DNA from: Squalus acanthias
Lineage: Eukaryota
Direction of reading: 5' to 3'
DNA: 60,000 bases
Assembly (NCBI GenBank): GCA_030390025.1
Contig: CM059432.1
Location: 153,824,001-153,884,000, forward strand
Shown: piece after piece, positions 48,572 to 60,000 of the stretch
Numbering within the stretch: position 1 is the stretch's first letter
How the letters are laid out: every line of letters begins with the position of its first letter
Program-made: the position numbers and the translations under genes
The notes under the pieces: model-generated
What the model saw: the letters and a program-made list of their open reading frames with translations, nothing else
What the model was told of the DNA's origin: nothing
The model's database searches: none

Positions 48572-50650
48572 TTTAAAATTCGTTTATGGGATGTGGGCGT
48601 CGCTGGCAAGGCCAGCATTTATTGCCAACCCCTAATAGCCCTCGAGAAGGTGGTGGTGAGCCGCCTTCTTGAACCGCTGCAGTCTGTGTGGTGAAGGTAC
48701 TTCCACAGTGCTGTTAGGTAGGGAGTTACATAAGACATAGGAGGAGGAGTAGGTCATTTGGCCCCTCGAGCCTGCTCCGCCATTCAAGATCATGGCTGAT
48801 CTGATCTTGGCCTCAACTCCACTTCCCTGCCTGCTCCCCATAACCCTTGACTCCCTTATCGTTCAAAAATCTATCTATCTCCACCTTAAATATATTCAAT
48901 GACCCAACTTCCACAGCTCTCTGGGGAAGAGAATTCCAAAGATTCACGACCCTCAAGAAATTCCTCCTCATTTCCGATTTAAAAGGGTTTCCCCTTATTC
49001 TGAAATTATGCCCATTAGTTCTAGATTCCCCCACAAGGGGAAACATTGTCTCTGCATCTACCCTGTCAAACCCCTTCAGAATCTTATATGTTTCAATAAG
49101 ATCTGCTCTCATTCTTCTAAACTCCAATGAGTATAGGCCCAACCTGCTCAACCTTTCTTCATAAGACAACCCCTTCATCTCCGGAATCTACCTCGTGAAC
49201 CTTCTCTGAACTGCCTCCAATGCAAGTATACCCTTCCTTAAATAAGGAGACCAAAACTGTACGCAGTACTCCAGGTGTGGTCTCACCAACACCCTGTACA
49301 GTTGGAACAGGACTTCCCTACTTTTATACGCTATTCCCTTTGCAATAAAGGCCAACATTCCATTTGCCTTCCTAATTACTTGCTGTACCTGCATGCTAAC
49401 TTTTTGTGATTCATGTACAAGGACCCCCAGATCCCTCTGTGACCCAGCGATGATGAAGGATCGACGATATACTTTTAAGTCAGGATGGTGGGGAACTTGG
49501 AAGTGGTGGTGTTCCCATGTGCCTGCTGCCCATGTGCTTTTAGGTGGAAGAGGTCGCGGGTTTGGGAGGTGCTGCCGAAGCCTTGGCGAGTTGCTGCAGT
49601 GTATCTTGTAGATGGTACACACTGCAGCCACGGTACACCGGTGGTGGAGGGAGTGAATGTTTAAGGTGGTGGATGGGGTGCCAATTAAGCGGGCTGCTTT
49701 GTCCTGGATGGTGTTGAGCTTCTTGGAGTGTTGTTGGAGCTGCACTCATCCAGGCAAGTGGAGAGTATTCCATCACACTCCTTACTTGTGCCTTGTAGAT
49801 GGTGGAAAGGCTTTGGGGAGTCAGGTGGTGAGAAACTCGCCGCAGAATACCTCGCCTCTGACCTGCTCTTGTTGCCACAGTATTTATGTGGCTGGTCCAG
49901 TTAAGTTTCTGGTCAATGGTGACCCCCAGGATGTTGATAGTGGGGGATTCGATGATGGTAATGCTGTTGAATGTCAAGGGGCGGTGGTTAGACTCTCGCT
50001 TGTTCGGAGAGAGTCAACACTTGTGTGGCACGAATGTTACCTGCCACTTATCAGCCCAAGCCTGAACGTCGTCCAGGTCTTGTTCCATGCGGGCATGGAC
50101 GGCTTCATTATCTGTGGAGTTGTGAATGGCACTGAACACTGCAGTCATCAGCGAACATCCCCATTTCTGACCTTATGTTGGAGGGAAGGTCATTGATGAA
50201 GCAGCTGAAGATGGTTGGGCCTAGGACACTGCCCTGAGGAACTCCTGCAGTGATGTCCTGGGGCTGCGATGATTGACCTTCAACCACCACAACCATCTTC
50301 CTTTATGCCAGGTATGACTCCAGCCAGTGGAGAGTTTTCCCCCCTAATTCCCATTGACTTCAGTTTTACTAGGGCTTCTTGATGCCACACTCGGTCAAAT
50401 GCTGCCTTGATGTCAAGGGCAGTGACTCTCACCTCACCTCTGGAATTCAGCTCCTTTGTCCATGTTTGGACCAAGGCTGTAATGAGTCGGGAGCCGAGTG
50501 GTCTTCGCGGAACCCAAACTGGGCATCAGTGAGCAGGTTATTGGTGAGTAAGTGCCGCTTGATAACACTGTCGATGACACCTTCCATCACTTTGCTGATG
50601 ATTGAGAGTAGACTGATGGGGCGGTAATTGGCCGGATTGGATTTGTCCTG
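48572..50650 (-). mobile_element. Family C LINE, 5'-truncated, split by a CR1-A insertion
   Basis: Reverse complement of 24300-27490 without its inserts; ORFs 50280-50474, 50108-50296 and 49540-49977. Confidence 0.9.
48728..49440 (-). mobile_element. 5'-truncated CR1 (family A)
   Basis: QRDLGVLVHES...VRPHLEYC; ORF 48813-49178; CR1 tail. Confidence 0.9.
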
Positions 50651-51629
50651 CTTAGAAAGGGTGCAGAGGAGATTTACTAGAATGGTATCAGGGATGAGAG
50701 ACTTCAGTTATGTGGAGAGAATAGAGAAGCTGGGATTGTTCTTCATAGAGCAGAGAAGGTTATGAGGAGATTTAATAGAGGTGTTCAAAATTATGAGGGG
50801 TTTGATAGGGTAATTAAGGAGAAACTGTTTCCACTGGCAGGAATGTCAGTAACCAGAGGACATAGATTTAAGGTAATCGGCAAAGGGGAGATGAGGAGAA
50901 ATTTTTTTTATGCAGCGAGTTATGATGATCTGGATTGTGCTGCCATAAAAGGTAGTGGAAGCAGATTCAGTAGTAACTTTCAAAAGCGAATTGGATACAT
51001 ACTTGAAAAGGAAAAACTTGCAGGGCTATGGAGAAAGAGAAGGGGAGTGGGACTAATTGGATAGCTCTTTCAAAGATCCGGCATAGGCATAATGGGTTGA
51101 ATGGTCTCCTTCTGTACTGTATAATTCTATGATTCTAATTCATTACACAAGGCTTTTGAATGAAATTGACTTTCAGAATGAAATGCTGTATGCTTGCGAT
51201 GCGACTCCGAGTCAACCACAGATTTATGTCAGAAAAGGCCTTTCATGGCACGGATTGAGACATTAATTGCCTTCCTCTCTAACATCTCACTGATGGTTTG
51301 GACATCATAGATAACACATTGGTATGTTCCGTTGCTCCCCTCCAGGCCTGTTGAGTCAAATATGCTTGCAACTCAGAGTCTTGACGCAGACATCAAGCAA
51401 CCCTTTGTGTATGTTGCCTGTATTCAGAAGTTAATCATGTCAAAGAAAACCATCTAGGCAAGACGACACATTGAATATGTTGCTGTACCTAGTCAGTTAC
51501 GTGCATTTGCCCTGTCCTCGTCACAGAGCCAAAGGGATTCCTATAAAAAGGTACAGCTGGCTGAAACCAACTTTGAATTGGATTTGCTCTGACTGACGTC
51601 TCATGGACTATTACACACAAGTCTCATTT

Positions 51630-51920
51630 TGGGACATTGCTCCAATGGCTCACTGGGTGAAAGCATTCGGTGGTGCAGCACTGATCCATATAGACAAGGA
51701 AGGTCCCTCATCTGTACTGGTTGAACTGATCTCAACTAGGCAGCAGGAATCCTACACTTTGGTCTCTGCTAAAAAGTGTACAAACCGACCTAAGATTCTT
51801 GCTGCAGTTATTATTCAGCAACCCTGCTTGAAAAGCATATGCAAATGTTAGGTAAGGACAGGGGTGAGCTCAGCTGTGATACTTCCCAAGGTCAAATGAA
51901 ACTTAATGGCTAGACTTACA
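51630..51920 (+). mobile_element. Ancient tRNA-like SINE remnant (LF-SINE-like); related minus-strand fragment at about 57735-57860
   Basis: TGGCTCACTGG A-box-like start; GGACAGGGGTGAGCTCAGCTGTGAT motif; highly diverged. Confidence 0.35.
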
Positions 51921-52126
51921 CAATAAGAATAGCAGCATGGGAGAAGGAGGGTGGGGGTACAAGGAGGTAGGGAGAGATAAAAATCACACTATGAGGGGCT
52001 TTGTTTGAATAAAATGTGTGTGAAGAGAACTATCACACCTGCACTGTTTGTTATTAATTTAATGTTATCATCGGTAGTATCTAAAACAAATTCATATAAA
52101 GTGAAAGAGATTACACACTAACATAC

Positions 52127-52618
52127 CGGGTATAGCAGCAACAGGTTCGGGAGGATCTGGAGGTTCTGGTGCTTGAGTGGATACCTCAACATCGGCAGCA
52201 GTGCTCTCTATCTCTGTGACAATTTCTTTTTCTTTTGGCTGCGGTGTCTTAATCAGTTGAGCGAGTAAAACAGCGAGTGCACTCTGGATGGCGGCCTGAG
52301 CAGCATCAGGCTCGCTTTTCGGCGGTGGCTGAGTTACAGGCGGCGGGGGTTGAGCCGTAGGCAGCAGGGGCGGGGGCTGAGCCGGCACAGATGGTGTTAC
52401 CAGTGACGGTTTTTCGACCTCTTGTTGCTGCTTAGCAGCTGCTGCCAGGACTCCGACTGGAAGGTTAACTGTGCTGAGTTGCTGCTGAGTCTCAGGATTC
52501 ACTTTAATATTCAGTACTTGAGCAAGATGTGCCAGGCTAAGACTGTTCTTAGACCTCAACAGGTTCAGCAGGATGGCCAGGTCATTCTGGTTTAGCGGCT
52601 GTCCAGTGCTTTTACTCC
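52127..52618 (-). CDS. CDK13: Cyclin-dependent kinase 13, penultimate coding exon (492 nt, phase 1-1)
   Basis: ttttctgcag| acceptor and G|gtatgt donor; SKSTGQPLNQNDLAILLNLLRSK...QVLNIKVNPETQQQL...DAAQAAIQSALAVLLAQLIK; splices in frame to 46065. Confidence 0.95.
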
Positions 52619-52811
52619 CTGCAGAAAAAAAATATATAAAATCTCATTAACTGCCCAGCAAATAAAAGGTTTTAACAGCAGTGACTTGTAAAGATACATT
52701 TTAAATTAAGCCCTAGATCTTTACAAAAGATGGGGCAATCTTCAAATATGCCAAGCATATTTGTAAATATGGGAAACAGATAATTATGGCAACAGCTAGA
52801 TATCATAAATG

Positions 52812-52998
52812 CAGATAAATGTGGCAACCACGTTGGGTAATAATGGTAAGCACGTCAGATAAATATGGTAACTGCACTGGGTAATGATGGTAAGCACATC
52901 GGATAAATACGGAACTACACTGGATAATAACGGTGAGCACATCAGGTAAATATGGTAACAGCACCGGGTAATGATGGCAATCGCATTAGGTAAATATT
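52812..52998. repeat. Intronic minisatellite, about 44-bp unit x about 4.3
   Basis: CAGATAAATATGGTAACTGCACTGGGTAATGATGGTAAGCACAT-like units. Confidence 0.85.
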
Positions 52999-54604
52999 CC
53001 TCCGGTAGTGTTCAGCACTGATTACCAGTGAGGGTGATGACACCTGACACCGTGAGGCAAAGAACTGCACGGGGGTGGGGGGAGACGGGACATCGCAAAT
53101 TGTATGATTGCAGTAGTAATTGGGGAGTAGATAGTCAGGAGGCGAGACAGGTAAGTTCTGCTACTGTTGATGTGAGTCCCATATTGTATGTTGCCTCCCT
53201 GGTGTCAGAATAAGGAATATCAGGGAGAGGGTGCAGAACATTCTGCGGGGGAAAGGGGAAGAGCCAGAAGTCGTGGCCCATGTCGGAACCAATGACATAA
53301 GGAGGAAGGGGGTTGAGGTCCTGCAGTCAAAGTTTAAGGAGCTAGGGAGGAAGTTTAAAAAGCAGGACCTCAAAGGTAGTAATCTCTAGATCACTCCCAG
53401 TGCCACTCGCTAATACGAATAGAAATAGGAGGATATAGCAGGTTAATGGCTAGAGACATGGTGCAGGAGGGAGAGGGTTGGGCACCAAGATGTAGTATTA
53501 AAAAGTAGAAACAAGGTGCACAGAAGACTGGGAGAGACGGTTAGAGTTAGAAATAATACAGAATTAGGTGGGATCATAAAATGTACAAAGAGGTCTAAGT
53601 TAGGTTTAGAATGCATGTGTGTAAATGCAAGAAGTGTGGTTAATAAAGTTGGTGAGCTGCAGGCGCAAATAGCCACGTGGGAATATGATGTATTGTTGAT
53701 AACGGAGACCTGGCTCAAAAAATTGGGAGGATTGGATGCTTAATATTCCTGGGTACAAGGTATTAAGGAAAGGTAGGGAAAGAAAGAGAGGGGTAGCAGT
53801 TTTGATTATGGAAAATATTACAGTGCTAGAAAGAATGTCATTGAGGGGTCAAACACAGAATCTATTTGGTTAGAGCCAAGAAACAATAGAGGAGCTATTA
53901 CACTACTTGGTGTATTTTGTAGGCCACCAAATAGTGGGAAGGAGATAGAGGAGCAGATTTGCAGGGAAATTACTGAGAGGTTACATGATCTATAGAGTAG
54001 TGATAATGGGAGACTTTAACCAGCCCAATATTGAATGGGGCAGTCACTGTGTTAAGGGGAGAGAGAGGGAGGAATTTCTGAAGTATGTTCAGGAGAACTT
54101 TCTTGATCAATATGTTTCCTGCCCAACAAAGAAGGAGGCATTGCTGGATCTAGTCCTGGGGAATGAAGTGGGTCAAGTGGAGAATGTCGTAGTGGGGGAG
54201 CATCTCGGGAATAGTGATCATTGTATCATAAGGTTTAGATTTGCTATTGAGAAGGACAAGGAGCAATCTAGAATAAAAATACTTAACTGAAGGAGGGCTA
54301 ATTTCAGAGAATTTAGGAGGGATCTGGCCTGAGTAAATTGGAGTCAAAGACTGGCAGGCAGAAATGTAATGGAGCAATGGGCGGACTTTAAAGAGGAGAT
54401 AGCTTGGGTACAGTCTAGGTATATTCCCACAAGGGGGAAAGGGAGCACAACCAAAGCCAGAGCTCCCTGGACGATGAAAGAGTTAGAGAGTAGGATGAAG
54501 CAGGAAAAGGGAGCATGGGACAGACGTCAGCTTGATAATACAATATAAAAAGGTACAGAGGAGAAGTGAAGAAAGAAATAAGAGGGGCAAAGAGACAGTA
54601 CGAG

Positions 54605-55899
54605 AATATCATAATATAGTCAAGCAGAGTCAGCATGGTTTTATGAAAGGGAAATCATGTTTGACAAATTTGCTGGAGTTCTTTGAGGATGTAACGAGCA
54701 GGGTGGATAAAGGGAAACCAGTAGATGTCTTGTATTTGGATTTCCAGAAGGCATTCAATAAGGTGCCACATAAAAGGTTAATACACAAGAGCTCATGGGG
54801 TTGGGGGTAATATATTAACATGGAGAGAGGATTGGCTAACTAACAGAAAACAGAGAGTCGGGATAAATGGGTCATTTTCAGGTTGGCAAACTGTAACTAG
54901 TGGGGTGCCGCAGGGATCAGTGCTGGGGCTATTTACAATCTATATTAATGACTTGGATGAAGGGACTGTGTGTAATGTAGCCAAATTTGTTGATGATACA
55001 AAGATAGGTGGGAAAGCAAATTGTGTGGAGGACGCAAAGAATCTCCAAAGGGATATAGATAGGCTAAGTGAGTGGTCAGGAATCTGGCAGATGGAGTATA
55101 ATGTGGGAAAATGTGAGGTTATCCACTTTGGTAGGGGGGAAAAAAAGCAAATTATTATTTAAATGGGGAGAGATTACAAAATGCTGAGGTAGAGGGATCT
55201 GGGGGTCCTTGTACATGAATCACAAAAAGTTAGCATGCAGGTACAGCAAGTAATTAGGAAGGCAAATGGAGTGTTGGCCTTTATTGCAAATGGAATGGAG
55301 TATAAAAGTAGGGAAGTCCTGTTACAACTGTACAGGGCGTTGGTGAGACCACACCTGGAGTACTGCGTACAGCTTTGGTCTCCTTATTTAAGGAAGGATA
55401 TACTTGCATTGGAGGCAGTTCAGAGAAGGTTCACTAGGTTGATTCCGGAGATGAAGGGGTTGTCTTATGAAGAAAGGTTGAGCAGGTTGGGCCTATACTC
55501 ACTGGAGTTTAGAAGAATGAGGGGGGATCTTATTGAAACATAAGATTCTGAAGGGGCTTGACAGGGTAGATGCAGAGAGGATGTTTCCCCTTGTGGGGGA
55601 ATCTAGAACTAGGGGGCATAATTTCAGAATAAGGGGGCACCCATTTAAAATGGAAATGAGGAGGAATTTCTTCTCTGAGGGTCGTGAATCTTTGGAATTC
55701 TCTTCCCCAGAGAGCTGTGGAGGCTGGGTTATTGAATATATTTAAGGTGGAGATTTTTGAATGATAAGGGAGTCAAGGGTTATGGGGAGCGGGCAGGGAA
55801 GTGTAGTTGAGGCCAAGATCAGATCAGCCATGATCTTATTGAATGGCGGAGCAGGCTCGAGGGGCCAAATGACCTACTCCTGCGTCTTATGTTCTTATG
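54605..55899 (+). mobile_element. 5'-truncated CR1 (family A) nested in family B
   Basis: [12 protein letters not shown] through the CR1 tail (TCTTATGT)n. Confidence 0.9.
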
Positions 55900-56452
55900 T
55901 AATTGATTAGTGGCTAATATAAAAAGGGAATCCAAAGGTCTTCTATAGGCATATTAATAGTAAAAGGGTCGTCAGAGGAGCAGTGGGGCCGATTAGGGAC
56001 TAAAATGGAGATCTATCGGTGGAGGCAGAAGGCATAGCTGAGGTACTAAATGAGTACTTTGCATTGGTGTTTACCAAGGAAGAGGACTTTGTCAAAGCTA
56101 CGGTAAACGAGGGGGTTGTCAGGATACTGGATGAGATAAAAAATAGATAGGAGGAGGTACTAGAAAGGCTGGCAGTACTTAAAGTTGATAAGTCACCCGG
56201 TCCGGATGGGATGCATCCTAGGTTACCGAGGGAAGTAAGGGTAGAAATTGCAGAGGTGCTGCAATCTTCCAATCCTCCTTGGATACAAGGGTGGTGCCAA
56301 AGGACTGGAGGATTGCAAATGTTACATCCTTGTTCAAAAAAGCAGAGAAGGATAAACCTGGCAATTTAACGTCGGTGGTGGGGAAGCTTTTCGAAACAAT
56401 AATCCGGGAGAAAATGAATATCCACTTGGATAAGCATGGACTAATAAAGGAG

Positions 56453-56893
56453 TAAAAACAGAAAATGCTGCAAATACTCAGCAGGTCAGGCAGCATCTGT
56501 GGAGAGAGAAACAGAGTGAACGTTTCAGGTCAATGACCCTTCGTCAGAACTGGAAAAAGCTGGAGATGGAACAGGTTTTTAAGCAAGTGTAGGGGCAGGG
56601 AAAGGGGGGAGGGGAGGAAAGAACAAAAGGGAAGGTCTGTGATAGGATGGAAGGCAGGAGAGATTAAGAGACAAAAGGGATGATGGTGCAAGGCAAAAGG
56701 AGATGGTAATGGGACAAGTTAAGAAACAAAAGATGGCTCTAGATGAAGTGTAAATGGCGATGGCAGAATGAAAGACAGCTGCCATGTGAGAGAGAAAATA
56801 AAAATGGAAAAAAAGATGGGGCAGAGGTTATGGTCTGAAATTGTTGAACTCGATGTTGAGTCCAGAAGGCTGTAAAGTGCCTAATCGAAAGAT
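56453..56893 (-). mobile_element. PLE family P2 3' fragment: ORF end, pseudo-LTR and a hammerhead-like motif at 56515-56551
   Basis: Minus strand IFRLGTLQPSGLNIEFNNFRP*; AGTT-CTGACGA-A-GGGTC att GACCT-GAAAC GTT; 11-bp TSD TAATAAAGGAG at 56442-56452 and 56894-56904. Confidence 0.85.
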
Positions 56894-57914
56894 TAATAAA
56901 GGAGAGCCAGCACAAATTTGTTAAGGGCAAATCGTGTTTGACTAACTTGATTTGAGTTTTTTTGATGAGGGAACAGAGAGGGTGGATGAGGGCAGTGCAG
57001 TTGATGCGTATATAGACTTTCAAAAGGTGTTTGATAAAGTACCACATAATAAGCTTGTTAGCAAAATTGAAGCCCATGGGATAAAAGGGGCAGTAGCACC
57101 ATGGATAAGAAATTGGCTAAAGGGTAGAAAACAGAGTTGTGGTGAATGGCTGTTTATTGGACTGGAGGGAGGTATACAGTGGTGTTCCCCAGGTTTCAGT
57201 ACTAGGACCACTGCTGTTTTTGATGTACATTAATGACTTGGACTTGATGGTACAGGGCACAATTTTGAAATTTGCATATGACAAAACTTGGTATTGCTGG
57301 AACAACGAGGAAGATAGTAATAAACTTCAAGAGGACAGGCTGGTGGAATGGGCAGACACATGGCAGATGAAATTCAACACAGAAAAGTGTGATGTTATAC
57401 ATTTTGGTAGGAAGAGAGAGAGACAATAAAAGCTAAATGATGCAATTTTAAAGAGGGTTCAAAACCAGAGAGACGGGGGGGGGGGGGGGGGGGGTGTTTG
57501 TGCACAAATGTGGCAGGACAGGTTAACAAAGCAGTTAATAAATCATATGGGATCCTGGGCTTTATAAATAGAGGCATAGAGTACAAAAGCCAGGAGGTTA
57601 GGCTAAACCTATATAAAACATCGGTTTGGCTCCAGCTGGTGTATTGTGTCGAATTCTGCACACCACACTTTAGGAAGGACGTGAAGGCTTTGGAGAGGGT
57701 ACAGAAGTGATGTACTCGAATGTGGGCATAACAGACAGTGTGGGCACAGCAGACTAGCCCAATCCTGCCCTCACTTATGTCTGCACCTGCACATTTCCAG
57801 CAGAGAGTGCTGGATCATGAACAGAAGCAGAAACCCTGACTGATTTTTTCCCCTACTGCGGTCTCTTGGGAGGGAGGGTCAACGCTCAAATTGACAGTCC
57901 CCAAGTCTATGTTA

Positions 57915-58195
57915 GGGCACAGAAGTGTAGTGGTGATGGTACCGTACCAGCAACCTTGAAGTCATGAGTTCAAACTCCAAAAGGATAGGGTTTATTGAAT
58001 TAAATTTCATAACTTATCATTTGAGAGCTGGTACAGCATTAAATAAACACAGCCACCACATTGGGCAAATGTGGCCACCTTGAAAGCTACCACATTGTCG
58101 TAAAAACCTAACTGGCTCACTGATGACCTTCAGGGAGAACCTGCCACATTTTGGCTTACATGTGACTCCAGATCCACAGTATGTGGTTGACATAC
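57915..58195 (+). mobile_element. Decayed tRNA-derived SINE
   Basis: GTGTAGTGGT A-box-like and GAGTTCAAAC B-box-like motifs; SINE-like body. Confidence 0.4.
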
Positions 58196-58569
58196 TGAGA
58201 ACAAAAATAATTTGTTACTCGGAAACAGTCATCATTAGCTTCTCATCCATCTCCTAGCCTGAGAGTGGCAGTTGTGAGGCCTGCCCGCTCTGCAGCAGTG
58301 ATGCTAAATAGATTGCAATGGGATGCAAAAGCTGATGACCTCTCTCCCCAGTATTTTTGGTACATGCCAATATATTGGCCATGCAGAAGTAAAACATTTG
58401 CTCTGTCACACTGAATGAAGGCTGTGCCAGAGCAGGGCAAGAGGAAAGAAACTCAAAACTGCCCTGTGAACTCAGCCAAACATTTAACCTTCAGAGAGCT
58501 GTATCCTTCATTTCAGCAGAATAGTGGTTCTACTAGGTATGCATTGATGGAAATTAGTACCATTGTTTA

Positions 58570-59190
58570 AAAATGCACTCTGAAGGAGTCACGAATGTGG
58601 TCTCCATATTCAAAAAAGGGGACAAAACAGGCACAGGAAACTACAATCCCATTAGTCCTACTTCCATTCTGTATAACATAATGGAATTGATCAGGAGTAA
58701 ACTGCAGAACAATAACCTAGGTGGCAGCAGTCAGGTTGGATTAAGAAAGTGAAGATCTTGCGTGACCAATGTCCTCGACTTCTTTGAGGAACTGACACTC
58801 AAGTGGACTGTCGTAAGCCCTATGATGTGGTGTATCTGAACTTCCAGAAGGTACCTAACAAATTTCCACACAAAAACCAATGAGCTCAACTCAGTGTTGA
58901 GGGTAAACCTTGAAATGGATAAGAAAGAGAAGTAATAAATTGAGGTGTCGCAGGGCTTGGTGTTGGGACCATTACTGTTTTTCATTTACTGAAATGACCT
59001 GATAACAATCCAGGAGGAGTGGATTCAGAGGAGGCAGCTTAGAAATTACAGGATGAAGTGGATAAAATATGTATGTGGTCAGAAAAATGAAAGAAATTTA
59101 ATATAAAACAATGCACATGGAAGGAAAAAAATAAGGACTTATAGAATGGAAGCCGAAGACAACCAAAGAGTCTTCATAAACTAGAATCTC
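58570..59190 (+). mobile_element. Very old CR1 RT fragment
   Basis: GNYNPISPTS and DVVYLNFQK-like remnants. Confidence 0.55.
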
Positions 59191-59197
59191 AACACGT

Positions 59198-60000
59198 TCA
59201 ACCAACAACTTGCATTTATATAGCGCATTTAACGTAGCAAAACAAGAGCGTTAATAAAAACATTTTTGACACCGAGCCACAGAAGGAGATACCAGGACAG
59301 ATGACCAAAAACTTGGCCAAAGAGGTAGGTATTAAGGAGTATCTTAAAGGAGGAGAGGTAGAGAGGTTTAGGGAAGGAATTCCAGCGCTTAGGGCCAAGG
59401 CAGCTGAAAGTACAGTCGCCAATGGTGAAGCGATTAAAATTGGGGATGTGCAAGAGGCCAGAATTGCAAGCGCAGAGATCCAAGGCTTGTAGGGCTGGAG
59501 GAGGTTAGAGATAGGGAGGGGTGAGGCCATGGAGGGATTTGAAAACAAGGATGAAAATTTTTAAATTGAGGCGGTCGTCAAACCGGGAGCCAGTGTAGGT
59601 CAGCAAGCACAGGGGTGATGGGTGAACGAGACTTGGTGCGAGTTAAGATACGGGCAGCAGAGTTTTGAATGAGCACAAGTTTATGTAGGGTGGAAGATGG
59701 GAGGCCGGCCAGGAAAGCATTGGAGTAGGCAAGTCTAGAGGTAACAAAGGCATGGTTGAGGGTTTCAGCAGGAGATCAGCTGATGCAGGGGGCGGAGTCA
59801 GGCAATGTTACAGAGGTGGAAGTAGGCAGTCTTGGTGATGGTGTGAATATGTGGTCGGAAGCTCATCTCGGGGTCAAACTCAACACCAAGGTTGCGAACT
59901 GTCTGACTCAGCTTCAGACAATTGCAAGGGATGGAAACGGTGGTCAGGGAACAAAATTTGTGGTGGGGACCAAAGGCAATGACTTCAGTCTTCCCAATAT
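59198..60000 (-). mobile_element. L2 LINE 3' region, running off the window end
   Basis: FSCLGPKRWNSFPK...FKILLNTYLF (L2 ORF2 C-terminus); GCGCTATATAAATGCAAGTTGTTG tail. Confidence 0.85.

Larger units (their letters stand above)
47385..51137 (+). mobile_element. CR1 family B 3' fragment, host to a PLE hairpin, a MITE and a family C LINE
   Basis: Colinear pieces about 47385-47550, 47740-47825, 48514-48570 and 50651-51137; ATTCTATG tail. Confidence 0.8.
53100..57710 (+). mobile_element. Long decayed CR1 family B (ORF1 esterase remnant + ORF2) in a CDK13 intron, antisense to the gene, with nested inserts
   Basis: HVGTND-type ORF1 DNA at about 53280; NARSVVNK..ITETWL (53516-53743), GDFN..SDH (53985-54290), RT remnants at 56952-57710. 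Confidence 0.85.

Noticed and set aside
49188..49745. Second chimeric LINE ORF
   Set aside because: The fusion passes through out-of-frame and 3' UTR sequence of the host and ends prematurely; a chance junction
52812..52998. CRISPR-like array
   Set aside because: Head-to-tail degenerate units with no unique spacers, in a vertebrate intron
47400..57494. Poly-G runs at about 47400-47414 and 57475-57494 as functional G-quadruplexes
   Set aside because: Both are expansions of short G runs inside decayed CR1 copies; homopolymer lengths are unreliable and nothing suggests function

Overview
Vertebrate genomic DNA, almost certainly from a cartilaginous fish (HE1-like V-SINE, SacSINE1-like Deu-SINEs, dense CR1/L2 LINEs). 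The only recognisable host gene is the 3' end of CDK13 on the minus strand: penultimate coding exon 52618-52127, last coding exon 46065-45188, then a roughly 2.5-kb TE-free probable 3' UTR. Nearly everything else is nested transposable elements: at least three CR1-type LINE families, L2 ends, decayed PIF/Harbinger elements (DDE transposase plus spliced Myb/SANT gene), Harbinger-type MITEs, a hAT-type MITE, a solo LTR, and Penelope-like elements (PLEs). There is a 200-N assembly gap at 11102-11301. The most interesting signals are (i) minimal hammerhead ribozyme motifs with covarying stems in two PLE families, (ii) short fold-back PLE insertions with long TSDs, including a perfect 69-bp hairpin, two of which hit the homologous site of one CR1 family, (iii) an in-frame chimeric RT ORF joining two LINE families at nearly homologous codons, and (iv) a composite of two inverted Harbinger left halves carrying an in-frame Myb-gene/PLE endonuclease fusion. 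I see no convincing evidence of a wholly new biological system. Family names come from motif recognition, not from database searches.
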